A stretch of 63,706 nt of DNA, the filler included, from Octopus bimaculoides (Eukaryota), in NCBI RefSeq assembly GCF_001194135.2. It is 7 parts of 6 records of this genome, joined end to end, with 100 filler letters (N's around TTAATTAATTAA, not from the genome) between each part and the next. Parts side by side here need not be neighbours in the genome. Positions count along the whole stretch, not along the records: positions 47,739 to 55,527 come from NC_068993.1; positions 55,628 to 62,367 come from NW_026396277.1; positions 62,468 to 63,706 come from NC_068991.1; 4 more parts are not named here. One strand, written 5' to 3'. The translations under genes and the position numbers were made by a program. This document shows positions 51,653-63,706 of this stretch, piece after piece (within the stretch, counting starts at the first letter, position 1; each line of letters opens with the position of its first letter). The notes beneath the pieces are model-generated. The model saw nothing but the letters and a program-made list of their open reading frames with translations. It was not told the origin of the DNA and made no database searches.

Positions 51653-54138
51653 TGTTGTGATGAGAGTTACGACGCCCCCTTTTGATAGGTAAACTGGTTC
51701 GAGTAAAATATAAATAGTAACGATCCATGTGAGTTCAGAGTCGAGTGAAGTTGGAAGGTGTTGGTTGGTTAGTCCACAAGGAATATTGATTGTTGGTTCG
51801 TAAAGAGATTTGTTAGTTTGTTACATTGTTTTTACAGTTGTCTGGTTATCTTATTTATTGTACGTAACAAATTACATTACAACATCTGGCGACAAGGGTT
51901 TCGAAGCTCGCGTAGATTATTTAACAATTTGTTCGTGATGCAACTTATTAATTAATGGAAGACCTATTAGCTTCCACTGTACAGTTGCAAAAGCAACAAG
52001 AGCAGCGACAAGAGTTGCAGAAACAACTATTACAGCAACAATTATAGGAGCTATATTCAAAGGAGTTCAAAAATGAGTTAAGTTTGTTCTCGCCAGACGG
52101 CGTTCCGAACTCTATTAACGAATTCAGTTATAACCCAGAGGAGGGTATAACTTTTGCATCGTACTACAGAAGGTACGAGGAAATTTTTAAGCAAGATTGC
52201 AAATCATTGTTGGACGAATAAAAAGTGAGATTGTTATTGCAAAAACTAACTCTGTCAGAGCACGAACGTTACTGTAATTTCATATTATCCCCAAAACCCA
52301 ATGAAATTTGTTTTAAAGAAACAATAAAAGTATTGTCTAACATATCTAGTGATAAAACTTATTTAAACTCTATTTAACACTCGAATAAAGCGTTGGAATA
52401 TAACGAAAATGTGAATAATGATTTTATCATATACACAGGAACAGTCAACAGGATGTGTGAAAGTTTTAAACTCAAAGAACTTACACCTGAGCTGTTCAAG
52501 TGTCTTATTTTAGTGCAAGGCCTTACAGCAAGTGAAGATACAGAAATTTGGGCAAGAAATCTTTCTAAACTGGAACAAGCGAACCAAGATCTAACCTTAC
52601 AATCCATGACAGAAGAATGTCAAAGGATGGTAAATCTGAAACACGATGGAGAAAAAATTCAAGAAAAGGATTCCTCAAAAATACAGATACACCGACCGGA
52701 AACGTATAACCAAAAAATTGCGCCACGTTCTAATCCATGTTATGGATGGGGGAGGGGGCATACTTTTCAGAAAATAATGTCCATTAAAAATACAAAAAAA
52801 ATGTTATAGTTGTAAAAGAATTGGTCACAAGAATTCACACTGCAAAACGAAATTACGAAGCAAAAATCGACTCCTAAATAAGAAAATTCGTACACGTAAA
52901 AATAAACGCAACACATATTAAGCGTCAATTGGATACTGGAAGTGATATTCCAATTATAAATATGGTCACATGGAAGAAAATAGGGAAACCCATGTTGAGA
53001 AAAACATTGAAATATGTTCGTAGCGTGACGGGCAGCAAATTACATTTCATAGGTGAAATGTGGTCTAATGTCACATTTTAAGGGAAAACATGCAAGGCGA
53101 AAATCTTCGTCGATAAAAAAATGCAACCGATCTGTTTGGTACTAATTGGTTAGAATTATTCGATATATGGGACCTCCCCATAAATCTCTGTTGTAAAAAC
53201 GTAAATAGTTGTCCCTCTAGAAATAATTCGTCTGAAGAGTTAAAGAGAAATTTTTTTTTAATGTTTCTGCAAGTACTCTCGGACAAACTAGGTTTATGCC
53301 CAAAGACTGAGAGATTATGGTTCAGGATACATATTGATGACGCGGGACCAGTGAATGGTGTATAATATCGAATCGTTGTGGATAGCTATACAAAGTAGCC
53401 AGAGGTATGCATATGTAATAAACCCACAGCAAAGACAACAATGAACTTATTTGCTCAATACGGTGTTCCATACACGTTTGTTTCAGATAATGGAACACAG
53501 TTCAACAAGTATGAATTAAGAAATTTCTGCAAAATACATGCCATAAAGCACATCTTTACTCCGCCTTACCACCCGAGATGAAATGGGCAAGCGGAAAGAT
53601 TTGTCGACACATGCAAAAGAGCTCTAAGAGAAGCTAGGAAAGAGTTAGATAATGACGAGGCACTAACGAAATTTTTGAGAGTATATAGAATAACGCCAAG
53701 TACCAATACTAATTGAGGAAAGTCACCAGCAGAGTTAATGTTCGTGCATAAAATAAAAATCGATCTTCGATAAATTACTGCCACGAAAAAATGCATATAA
53801 AGGTAAGACAATTATACATTTGAAGGAAATACAAGAAATATTACAAAACGTTTCGAAGTAGGAGATAAAGTTCATTTTAAAAATTGCAAAATTTGTTAAA
53901 GAAGGTTGTGAGGATGGGTGTGTAATCAAAAGATTTCGTAACGTATTTAATTGAAGGTCAACGTTCGGAACATAACCAGTTAAAGATGAGACATACAGGA
54001 GAACGAAGGGTAATACCGATAGAAGTTTTCGATATGTTTGAAGTGCCAGCACCAAGAGATATTGAACCCCGTAGAACTAGCTTCAGAAAACGAAAACAGA
54101 CTGAATACCTGGAAGTAATATCAAAACGAAAAAGATAT

Positions 54139-54170
<32 letters not shown>

Positions 54171-54430
54171 GGAATGCTGTCGAGAGTGCTTAGTACAACA
54201 AACGGAAACAGAAAAGTGCTATGCGCAACGAACAATACTACCTTAAAAGTCGGGAAACAATTAAGATACAACAGCTAAAAAAAAGTGGGGAGAGGTGCTT
54301 GAATGAAAACAAATAAAAATAAAAGAAATTCCATTTTCTCACAGATGTCGTGATGAGAGTTACAACGGCCCCTTGCGAGAGATAGATTGGTCCGAGCAAA
54401 GTATATATAGTAACGATCCAAGTGAATTCA
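51653..54430 (+). mobile_element. Ty3/Gypsy Mag-clade LTR retrotransposon, RT-RNaseH deleted
   Basis: 5' LTR TG..CA 51653-51884. PBS TGGCGACAAGG at 51887 (tRNA-Ser(GCU)-like). Gag YNPEEGITFASYYRRYEEIF; protease QLDTGSDI; jump at ~53315 to RIHIDDAGP...SDNGTQF...YHPR*NGQAERFVDT. Partial LTR copy from 54346. Confidence 0.9.
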
Positions 54431-55628
54431 TACTTTGTATATGATGTAATTTTCTAGTTTAGTTTTGAAAGATGTGACAGGATTTTATGTATGCGATTAC
54501 AATATATGCTAAAGTTCAGAAATGCATATGTGTATCAATTGATTTTCAAGGAATTGATGGTTTACCCATAACAGCGAGGTAGAATAGCCTATGTCTCTGG
54601 CACAGTACATAAAATCTTTTGAATGGCAACTTGGATTGAGTATGAATTTGTATTTGTACTATAACAGTTAGAAGTGATTTGGTATCATACTAGGATTTTA
54701 ATTTCGTGAGGTTAAGCATAGCAATATCTTGTGTAAAATTATGCAAGGCAGAACTGGAAATTTTTATGCTAAATTCTTTAAATAATTCACAGTATTTATG
54801 GTCAATGGGGAAATGCCTATGTGAACATTTGAGCATATATGTGCGTGAGTCAGTGACTATGTGTGTATGTATATCCATCAATCTATCTATCTAACTATTT
54901 ACCTATCTGTCTATCTATGTATCTATCTATCTATAATTACAAGATTTTCTTACAATCATATTTATGTGCAATTATACACATAAGTGTGCATGAAAATCAT
55001 ACCAAATCATTAACTTCTAAGTTTGCATCTGCGTAATTATGGATGTCTGTCTGTATGCATACATATATAAATGCATGTATCTATATATGCATTCATATAT
55101 GTATGCAGGATTGTGTGTGTGCCTCTGTGTGGGTCTATGCAGGAATGTATATTTGCATATGTATGTATATATGCATGTGTCTATACATGTATACTTGTAT
55201 GAATTTATGTACGTATCTATGCAAGTACAAATATATGGTTTCATAAATACATATAAGCTTACATACAAGTTCAGGCCCTGAACATTAGGCTGAGTTTTGT
55301 GTGAGATCTGTATCCAAGTGTAAAAGTGTTTATGTATTTCAGGAGAGTAACTTAAATGCTCAAAACCTGTGTAACATTTAAATCCTCCAATGAATGAAAT
55401 CAAATAGACAAATTCTTATAAGTATGTAAGTATATACATACATACATACATACCTACATACATACATATATATATATACATATACACATATAATAGAAAT
55501 GTTAATATTTCTAAGTCTCTTTCTCTCNNNNNNNNNNNNNNNNNNNNNNNNNNNNNNNNNNNNNNNNNNNNTTAATTAATTAANNNNNNNNNNNNNNNNN
55601 NNNNNNNNNNNNNNNNNNNNNNNNNNNT

Positions 55629-55926
55629 CGAATGTGGAATCTAAAAACAGAAACAATTCCTATCATAGTAGGTGCCTTAGGTATAATAAAAAAATATTCA
55701 GACAAATACATAACAAAAATACCAGGACTTACAAATATATATAACATACAGAAAATTGCACTACTGGGTACTGCACACATTCTACGCAAAACACTTTCAA
55801 TACAGTAAACATAAGAGCACCACAGCAAACCACAGCACATACCCAAGGCGCACAGAGCTACGCTCGGTAGTGAAGTGAAAGCACGTTATAAAAATAAAAC
55901 TACCGAACAATAATAATAATAATAAT
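55629..55926 (+). mobile_element. 3' end of R4/Dong element with 3'UTR and (AAT)n tail
   Basis: RMWNLKTETIPIIVGALGIIKK...IQKIALLGTAHILRKTLSIQ*. Confidence 0.9.
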
Positions 55927-56385
55927 GAAAGGAAACGAGCGGAGCCTCCCAAGGACTGGTTGATGATACATCTAGTAATGGTGTCACAAAAAAAAACACA
56001 GGTAACTGCGCAACCTGATAATCGCTACCTCATATGAGTTATTGTGAAAAACGGTGGTAATGAAACTGAAGCCACCGATGGTGACAGTGTTGCACCCGAC
56101 AGGCACAGAGATTCTGGTCCGGCTCCAGCCTGTTGATATCCAGTAAGGGACCACAACACACGGCGTAGATGGAGCAAGCAAATTAATGCTGTGGTCATGG
56201 AGTGTTACTCCCTGAACAGCCCGGTAGAAGAAAATGGTGCTCAAGTTGGGGGTTACCGACAACGTATATATGATCATTGGAGGGAAAAGGGATTGTTCCA
56301 ATTCACGGAACAGAGACTATGCGATCAAGCTAGACAATAAGAAAAAATCGTTGGTTCACAGAAGTAGAGCTTGAAGCTATCAAAA
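55927..56385 (+). mobile_element. 5' (N-terminal) fragment of another R4/Dong element directly after the (AAT)n tract
   Basis: RRRWSKQINAVVMECY...GYRQRIYDHWREKGLFQFTEQRLCDQAR...NRWFTEVELEAIKR. Confidence 0.8.
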
Positions 56386-57064
56386 GACATTCGGCCGAGC
56401 CTGATCTTTCTTTCTTGGCCGGCCGTTTTGCGTGCAATATCGATATTCCTCCCTGTGCCTGTGAAATCCTATATCATTGCCATAAGGCTTTATTTCCACA
56501 CACGCCAGCTTAATTTAATTCGTCCTTCGTCGAAAAACACCTGTTGTTATGTCCTGTTATTATTTTTATTGTATTTGTGTAACATTGTTCATTTTTTTTC
56601 CGTCTTTGTTTTTGTATACATTCACTGCTTTCTTCCAAGAAATCTAATGCTTAGTTTTTCCTTGGGTCTGGCCAGATTGGAGCAATATCGAGTATTTTCG
56701 GGTGAAATTGCAAAGATAATCTGGATCTCGACTGATGAAAGAAGACTCCGAATGACCTGTTCTTGTTTTCTTTATATCGTCTATCTGGATGTTTTGTTGT
56801 CCCTTTCTTGTATCACCTAACTGTCTTGATGTTTTGCGTTCTTGTCCCATTTTGTATTATTTATATATATAGTTCAAATTTACAGAAAGCAAAAGACGAA
56901 CACGGGTGAGAGAACAACAAGCCGGTGTTTTCGTTTGACCCTCGAAAAGAATAGAGAAGTTTCGATCCTACGCTCTTCGACAGAAAAGACAGAGAGGAAC
57001 AAAAAATAGAAAGAAAACGAAAAAAAAAACTGAGAAGCCTATACCCGAACCATATGGGCACTCT

Positions 57065-57440
57065 TAGGGTTTAGTCCCACTGCGCGGCACATTGGCCATG
57101 TTCCATCTATAATAGCTCCGTGTCGACCGAAGTCTTGTGAGTAAATTTCGTAGATGGGAATTGAAAGAAGCCCATCGCGTATAAATATATCTACGTATGT
57201 GTGTGTGTTTGTGTGTGTGTACGTGCGCGTGTGTGCATGCGTATGTATGTGTGTGTTTGTGCTTGTCCACCACTATTGCTTGACAACTGGTGTTGGTTTG
57301 TTTACGTCCCTGTAAATTAACGGTGCGGCAAAAGAAACTAGAGTTTTTAAAAAAAATAAGCACTGAGTCGATTTGGCCACAAATCCATCAAGGTACTGCC
57401 CCAGCATGGCCACAGACCAATGACTGAAACAAATACAAGA
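57065..57440 (+). mobile_element. tRNA-derived SINE, same family as 18743-19057, with an internal (TG)n expansion
   Basis: Shared body and tail motifs. Confidence 0.75.
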
Positions 57441-58430
57441 ATATATACATTTGAACCCAGTAAGTACAGAGCCGGAATTAACGTCGCAGAACACTTTTCA
57501 CGATTCAGCCAGCTAGTCGCCTTTTACAGTAATAACAACAAAAACAAGATGACAACAAAACTGTTTTGGGTGTCAACGAAATTGGTATTGATTGCTTTTC
57601 AACATCGCGTAGCGCGCGCGTGTGCACTCGCGGATGCGCGCGTACACGTGCATATATATATTCGCGTATATGTATACGTGCATGTACATATATGTATATA
57701 CAAACATACATACATACATATATATATGTATGTATATATACGCTTTACAGAAAGATGAAAGACTAAGACAGGTATAAGAACAACTGGCAGGTGTATTAGT
57801 TTAACGCTCGAGATGTACATATAAATATATATGTGTGTGTGTGTTTGTGTGTGTGTATGTATGTATGTATGTATATATATACATATATATATATACATAT
57901 ATATATACATATATTTATATATATATNNNNNNNNNNNNNNNNNNNNNNNNNNNNNNNNNNNNNNNNNNNNNNNNNNNNNNNNNNNNNNNNNNNNNNNNNN
58001 NNNNNNNNNNNNNNNNNNNNNNNNNNNNNNNNNNNNNNNNNNNNNNNNNNNNNNNNNNNNNNNNNNNNNNNNNNNNNNNNNNNNNNNNNNNNNNNNNNNN
58101 NNNNNNNNNNNNNNNNNNNNNNNNNNNNNNNNNNNNNNNNNNNNNNNNNNNNNNNNNNNNNNNNNNNNNNNNNNNNNNNNNNNNNNNNNNNNNNNNNNNN
58201 NNNNNNNNNNNNNNNNNNNNNNNNNNNNNNNNNNNNNNNNNNNNNNNNNNNNNNNNNNNNNNNNNNNNNNNNNNNNNNNNNNNNNNNNNNNNNNNNNNNN
58301 NNNNNNNNNNNNNNNNNNNNNNNNNNNNNNNNNNNNNNNNNNNNNNNNNNNNNNNNNNNNNNNNNNNNNNNNNNNNNNNNNNNNNNNNNNNTGTATGTTT
58401 ATGAATATGTGTGTGTGTGTGTGTGCGTGT

Positions 58431-58490
<60 letters not shown>

Positions 58491-59732
58491 AATTAGGTCA
58501 GATCAATAGATGCATAGAGAGAATGAGATGCACGTTTACAGGCAATCATGTTAAAAGTACATGTGCACATGTGCAGAAATAGGCTACAATGAAGTAATGT
58601 ACATGTGCAGGAAATGTAAACTCCATCCACATATACACACACACACTTACACACACAAATATACACGCGTACACTGTTGCTATCTCATACAGAACGCTAA
58701 CAACTTTGAAAATACTGGTGGTGGTTGTCGTGATGGTTATGGTGGCGGTTATGGTGGCGGCGGTGGCGGAGTCGGTGGCGGTGGCGNNNNNNNNNNNNNN
58801 NNNNNNNNNNNNNNNNNNNNNNNNNNNNNNNNNNNNNNNNNNNNNNNNNNNNNNNNNNNNNNNNNNNNNNNNNNNNNNNNNNNNNNNNNNNNNNNNNNNN
58901 NNNNNNNNNNNNNNNNNNNNNNNNNNNNNNNNNNNNNNNNNNNNNNNNNNNNNNNNNNNNNNNNNNNNNNNNNNNNNNNNNNNNNNNNNNNNNNNNNNNN
59001 NNNNNNNNNNNNNNNNNNNNNNNNNNNNNNNNNNNNNNNNNNNNNNNNNNNNNNNNNNNNNNNNNNNNNNNNNNNNNNNNNNNNNNNNNNNNNNNNNNNN
59101 NNNNNNNNNNNNNNNNNNNNNNNNNNNNNNNNNNNNNNNNNNNNNNNNNNNNNNNNNNNNNNNNNNNNNNNNNNNNNNNNNNNNNNNNNNNNNNNNNNNN
59201 NNNNNNNNNNNNNNNNNNNNNNNNNNNNNNNNNNNNNNNNNNNNNNNNNNNNNNNNNNNNNNNNNNNNNNNNNNNNNNNNNNNNNNNNNNNNNNNNNNNN
59301 NNNNNNNNNNNNNNNNNNNNNNNNNNNNNNNNNNNNNNNNNNNNNNNNNNNNNNNNNNNNNNNNNNNNNNNNNNNNNNNNNNNNNNNNNNNNNNNNNNNN
59401 NNNNNNNNNNNNNNNNNNNNNNNNNNNNNNNNNNNNNNNNNNNNNNNNNNNNNNNNNNNNNNNNNNNNNNNNNNNNNNNNNNNNNNNNNNNNNNNNNNNN
59501 NNNNNNNNNNNNNNNNNNNNNNNNNNNNNNNNNNNNNNNNNNNNNNNNNNNNNNNNNNNNNNNNNNNNNNNNNNNNNNNNNNNNNNNNNNNNNNNNNNNN
59601 NNNNNNNNNNNNNNNNNNNNNNNNNNNNNNNNNNNNNNNNNTTTGGTGCTTGTGGTATGGTAGTTGCAGTAGAGATAGTGATTCTTCTAAGGACGGTGGT
59701 GCTGCCGCTGTAGCCGATAGTGCTTCACATAC

Positions 59733-59786
<54 letters not shown>

Positions 59787-59929
59787 AAGCCAATAGCAAA
59801 GTACTGCTCTGACGTTAAGTCCTGCTAAACTACTACTGCTACTACGACTAACTCCATCACTATCTCCACCGCAACTACCACAACTGTAGCAACTACGATT
59901 TCTACTACTACTACTACTACTACTACTAC

Positions 59930-59975
<46 letters not shown>

Positions 59976-60134
59976 ATTGCTGCTGCTGCTACTGCTAAAT
60001 CCACCACACCACCACCACCACCACCACCACCACCACCACCAAAACAATCATTATTACTATTACTACTACTAACTCCATCACCATCTCCATCAAAACTACC
60101 ACCAACACCGTAACTACTACAAATGCTGCTGCTG

Positions 60135-60200
<66 letters not shown>

Positions 60201-60531
60201 TTACTACTGCTGCTGGTGCTGCTGGTGCTGCTTCGTCTACTGCTACTACTAATAAATCAACCACACCACTACCTCCACCACCATCACCACCACCACCACT
60301 ACTACTACTACCATTACTACTACTACTATTGCTGCTGCTGCTGCTTCTACTACTACTAACAGCAGCACAGCTAATACTAAAACCACCACAACCTGTTGAC
60401 GTAGCAGAATAGTTTCATACTCGAAGAAAAAACCCTGCAATACAGACAATCGATCTTACTAAATATTTGGCAGGATCTAAATTATACTAAGTCCCATGAA
60501 AGACAGGTCTAATACAGCTTCTCTTAAATAA

Positions 60532-60615
<84 letters not shown>

Positions 60616-60769
60616 TTAACTTTCTTGTTAGCCACACAGAGTTGAACACAGATGGGACAAATACAATGTAGAGTTTTTCTTTTCGATGGGAGCAAAAGAA
60701 AGAAAAAAAAAGTAGAGACAACGATCAAAAGGAATCGAAAACGTTTGGGGTATGTACAAGAAAGATAAA

Positions 60770-62180
60770 TATATACAAAAAGTTCTCAAGAAATGGGGAG
60801 GTTTATCCGTGGGAAGAAAAACCTCCGAAAAGACCACGGTAACCTCGGGCAATTAGGTATAGCAAAGCACTAGCCATATTTAGAAACAGAGTAGTGGGTG
60901 AACTAGTTAAGAAGCTAAAAGGGGCGATTAGAAGTGGGCTTGCGACTCAGCACCTGGAGAAGCAAGCTGATGCCGTCCACCAGCGCCTCCATCGTGGGAC
61001 GCTGAACCGACGGTCCGGTTGAGTTGCTCGGGGTCTGATTTGGTCCAGACCTCCAAACGGAGAAGAACTGGAACGAGATAGATAGATAGATAGATATCTA
61101 TCTATCTGAAGTTCACCCTGCGTTCTCGCTCACCACTCGTCCCGAACAGTCGGGCAAAATGCTGTCGAAAGGTCTCATACATTTTACTTGGCTCGAGTAA
61201 TTCGCGCCCCTGGTCATCTACCAGAGACCGAATAGTGGCTTCGTTGCCCTGTTGCGCCTCCGCCATCCGGGCCTCTCGCGCGGCTCCAACACCTTCGTTC
61301 CTTAGAGCACGCATCCTAGTTCTGATAACACACCCTTCGTGTTTGGCGTTGAAGTGCTGGTCGAGGGCGAACCTCGCCGCCAAAAACGTCGGATACGATG
61401 CCACTTCTAATCGCCCCTTTTAGCTTCTTAACTAGTTCACCCACTACTCTGTTTCTAAATATGGCTAGTGCTTTGCTATACCTAATTGCATCTGCTTTTA
61501 TTCCTCTCTTGAGGGCAAACCACCATTTGTTGTTGATGATGGCTCCCGTCAAAGCCTTGTTTACTAGCGTGCTAATCCGGTCTCTGAAAACCTGTCTCGA
61601 CGGAAAGACTTGTTTAGTTTCCAGTACCCGGGGCCCTGCCTATGTGTCTAGCGTACACGTCACAAGTCTGTGATCCGTGTAGCTGACTATGTGGAATTGT
61701 GGACACCCTTTGCTATTTCTATTTACTGTCCTACACAGTATCCTATCTAGATACGATCTCGACGACCCGATGCGGTTGCTCCATGTCCACGTTGGCGCAT
61801 TCGGGTGGTCGAGTCGATACCGTTCAGACAGCTGAAAGCATCTGAGGAAGTCTCTGAGGCATTAGCAACCCTGTCTATTCCTATCTCTGCCCACGTAGTC
61901 TAGATGCGTGTCTAAGGTAGTATTCCAATCTCCCACTAAAAGTAAGGGACGAGACGTTCCTAGGAATATTTCTAGACGTCGAAAGAAATCCGGCCGACCT
62001 GTTAAAGGCAGTGCGTAGACTGATACAAGTCGAAAAGCGCACTCATTGCTGCCGTCGACATCCAAGACGACCAGTCTACTCTCCAGGTCTACGAATATTG
62101 TCTTTACTTCGAGATTCAGACTCTTGCGAAAAAGTACCACCGTGCCACTACCGCCCATTCCCGGCAGACAGAGAGAAAAA
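60770..62180 (-). mobile_element. Tx1/L1-clade LINE ORF2 N-terminal fragment (APE + linker), rearranged
   Basis: GSGTVVLFRKSL, GSNECAFRLVSVYA, LLLVGDWNTTLD, RSYLDRILC, YTDHRLV, GPGYWKLN, GCVIRTR. Confidence 0.85.
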
Positions 62181-62199
62181 TAAATGTTAAACTGTCCAG

Positions 62200-62253
<54 letters not shown>

Positions 62254-62276
62254 AGAGAAAGGGGGGAGATGGATAA

Positions 62277-62310
<34 letters not shown>

Positions 62311-62467
62311 CTATGGGCAGATATACGCGTCTATGCACTTACACGCACGAATATATATTAGATATATNNNNNNNNNNNNNNNNNNNNNNNNNNNNNNNNN
62401 NNNNNNNNNNNTTAATTAATTAANNNNNNNNNNNNNNNNNNNNNNNNNNNNNNNNNNNNNNNNNNNN

Positions 62468-62504
<37 letters not shown>

Positions 62505-62574
62505 GGCTAAATTTTCACCATTTTATGTTTTTAATTTCCACCATTGCTTGCATTTAATTTTGCCTACTACACAA

Positions 62575-62891
62575 TATAGTTGGGTCAGTTGGACACCGTC
62601 TGTGAAATATACAGCACCATGATGCAATTCACTCTGTCAGAAATTTGGAAACGACATGCTGTATTGTTTGGCATTCGCGCCAGAAGCTCCAACACGGAGC
62701 GTCGGAAGCTCCAATACGAAAATATACCGAGAGTGATCAAAATCAAACATCCAGTCACCATCTGGTATTTGGAGTGATCATTAGTGATGACGACGTTATG
62801 CCGCTAGTCATCTTCCTACACAGCTTCACGCTCAACACGGAGGCCAACTTCAAGTGCTTGGAGGAGGAAGTACTACCCTAGATCAAGAGGA
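62575..62891 (+). mobile_element. maT/DD37D-like transposase fragment (probably same family as 9700-10195)
   Basis: IPRVIKIKHPV.. then FGVIISDDDVMPLVIFLHSFTLNTEANFKCLEEEVLP*IKR. Confidence 0.75.
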
Positions 62892-63177
62892 NNNNNNNNN
62901 NTGTTTTTTAATTTTAATTTTCTAAACAATATTGACATACGTCTTTTATGAACTTTATACACTAATACATTTTTTAACTTTTATTTACTTCTTCCATAAT
63001 GATTTAACCTTGTTCACTACAATACTCTTTTTCAATATTGTAAGATTGTAACTTTTAATAATCATATTAATACCGTTAACGTAGGGATTATTTTACAGGT
63101 TTTGTGTCTTTATATACATTTTTATTTCACATGTTTGTTTATTCCTTGAATGCTTTTAGGTATGTTTTTAGGAATTT

Positions 63178-63292
63178 GACCTGAAGAGTGACTGATTTTG
63201 GGAGTAAAATCATTTCCCCGTTCTAATGAACTTGGATAGAATTCGTTTATGATTTTATATAGTCCTATTCCAGCCATGAAACGCGCGTAGTC
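63178..63292 (+). ncRNA. Minimal type I hammerhead ribozyme, Penelope-type, with 76-nt loop II (predicted cleavage after A63289)
   Basis: Stem I GAC 63178-80 / GTC 63290-92; CTGAAGA 63181-87; stem II GTGACTG / CAGCCAT (1 A-C mismatch); GAAA 63278-81; palindromic stem III ACGCGCGT; GUA triplet. Confidence 0.65.
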
Positions 63293-63667
63293 TATGTCCA
63301 AACACTAACTTTTATACATTTATACTTTTACATATTATATTATTGTATTAATTTTTACTGTCCTATTTATACATTATTTGATTTTGAAATTAATATTTTA
63401 TGATGAATGTTTCTTTATATGATATATTATGTATTATTAAAATTATAAAAATTTTAGATAAAAATATTAGATAAATATTGATATGGTATATGCCTCACAG
63501 CATGGTTTTGGACGGGTTCTTCGTTGACTGAGTTGTAGAATGGTGGTTCGTCTCTAAATTAGTTATTTACATATATATTATATATTACGAAATTCGGTGT
63601 AATATTATACCGATTTTTGCCAGTAAGGTTGGAATAAGTTTTTATTCCCTAATATTATTACTATATA

Positions 63668-63706
<39 letters not shown>

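Overview
AT-rich, microsatellite-dense, gapped eukaryotic DNA. The SINE and LINE content and the (CA)n/(TA)n/(ATC)n density suggest an octopus or other cephalopod genome (inference). Six artificial 100-bp spacers (44N-TTAATTAATTAA-44N) join separately assembled pieces, so the window is not proven contiguous. Most of it is decayed transposons: R4/Dong-type RLE non-LTR elements in (TAA)n tracts, a second RLE family, RTE and Tx1/L1 LINEs, two Ty3/Gypsy remnants, Tc1/mariner/maT remnants and MITE-like derivatives, and tRNA-derived SINEs. Four things stand out. (1) An intact, apparently intronless minus-strand ORF (9031->6884) encodes an acidic disordered protein built from 151-aa and 14-aa repeats; I cannot assign it to a family. 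(2) An HDV-like ribozyme fold sits at the 5' end of an RTE element (16336-16511). (3) A ~300-bp palindrome consists of two outward-facing Penelope-type minimal hammerhead ribozymes (47328-47628). (4) A further minimal hammerhead has a greatly enlarged loop II (63178-63292). There is also one plausible host start-codon exon (33324-33514, minus). All structures and alignments were done by eye; no database searches were run.
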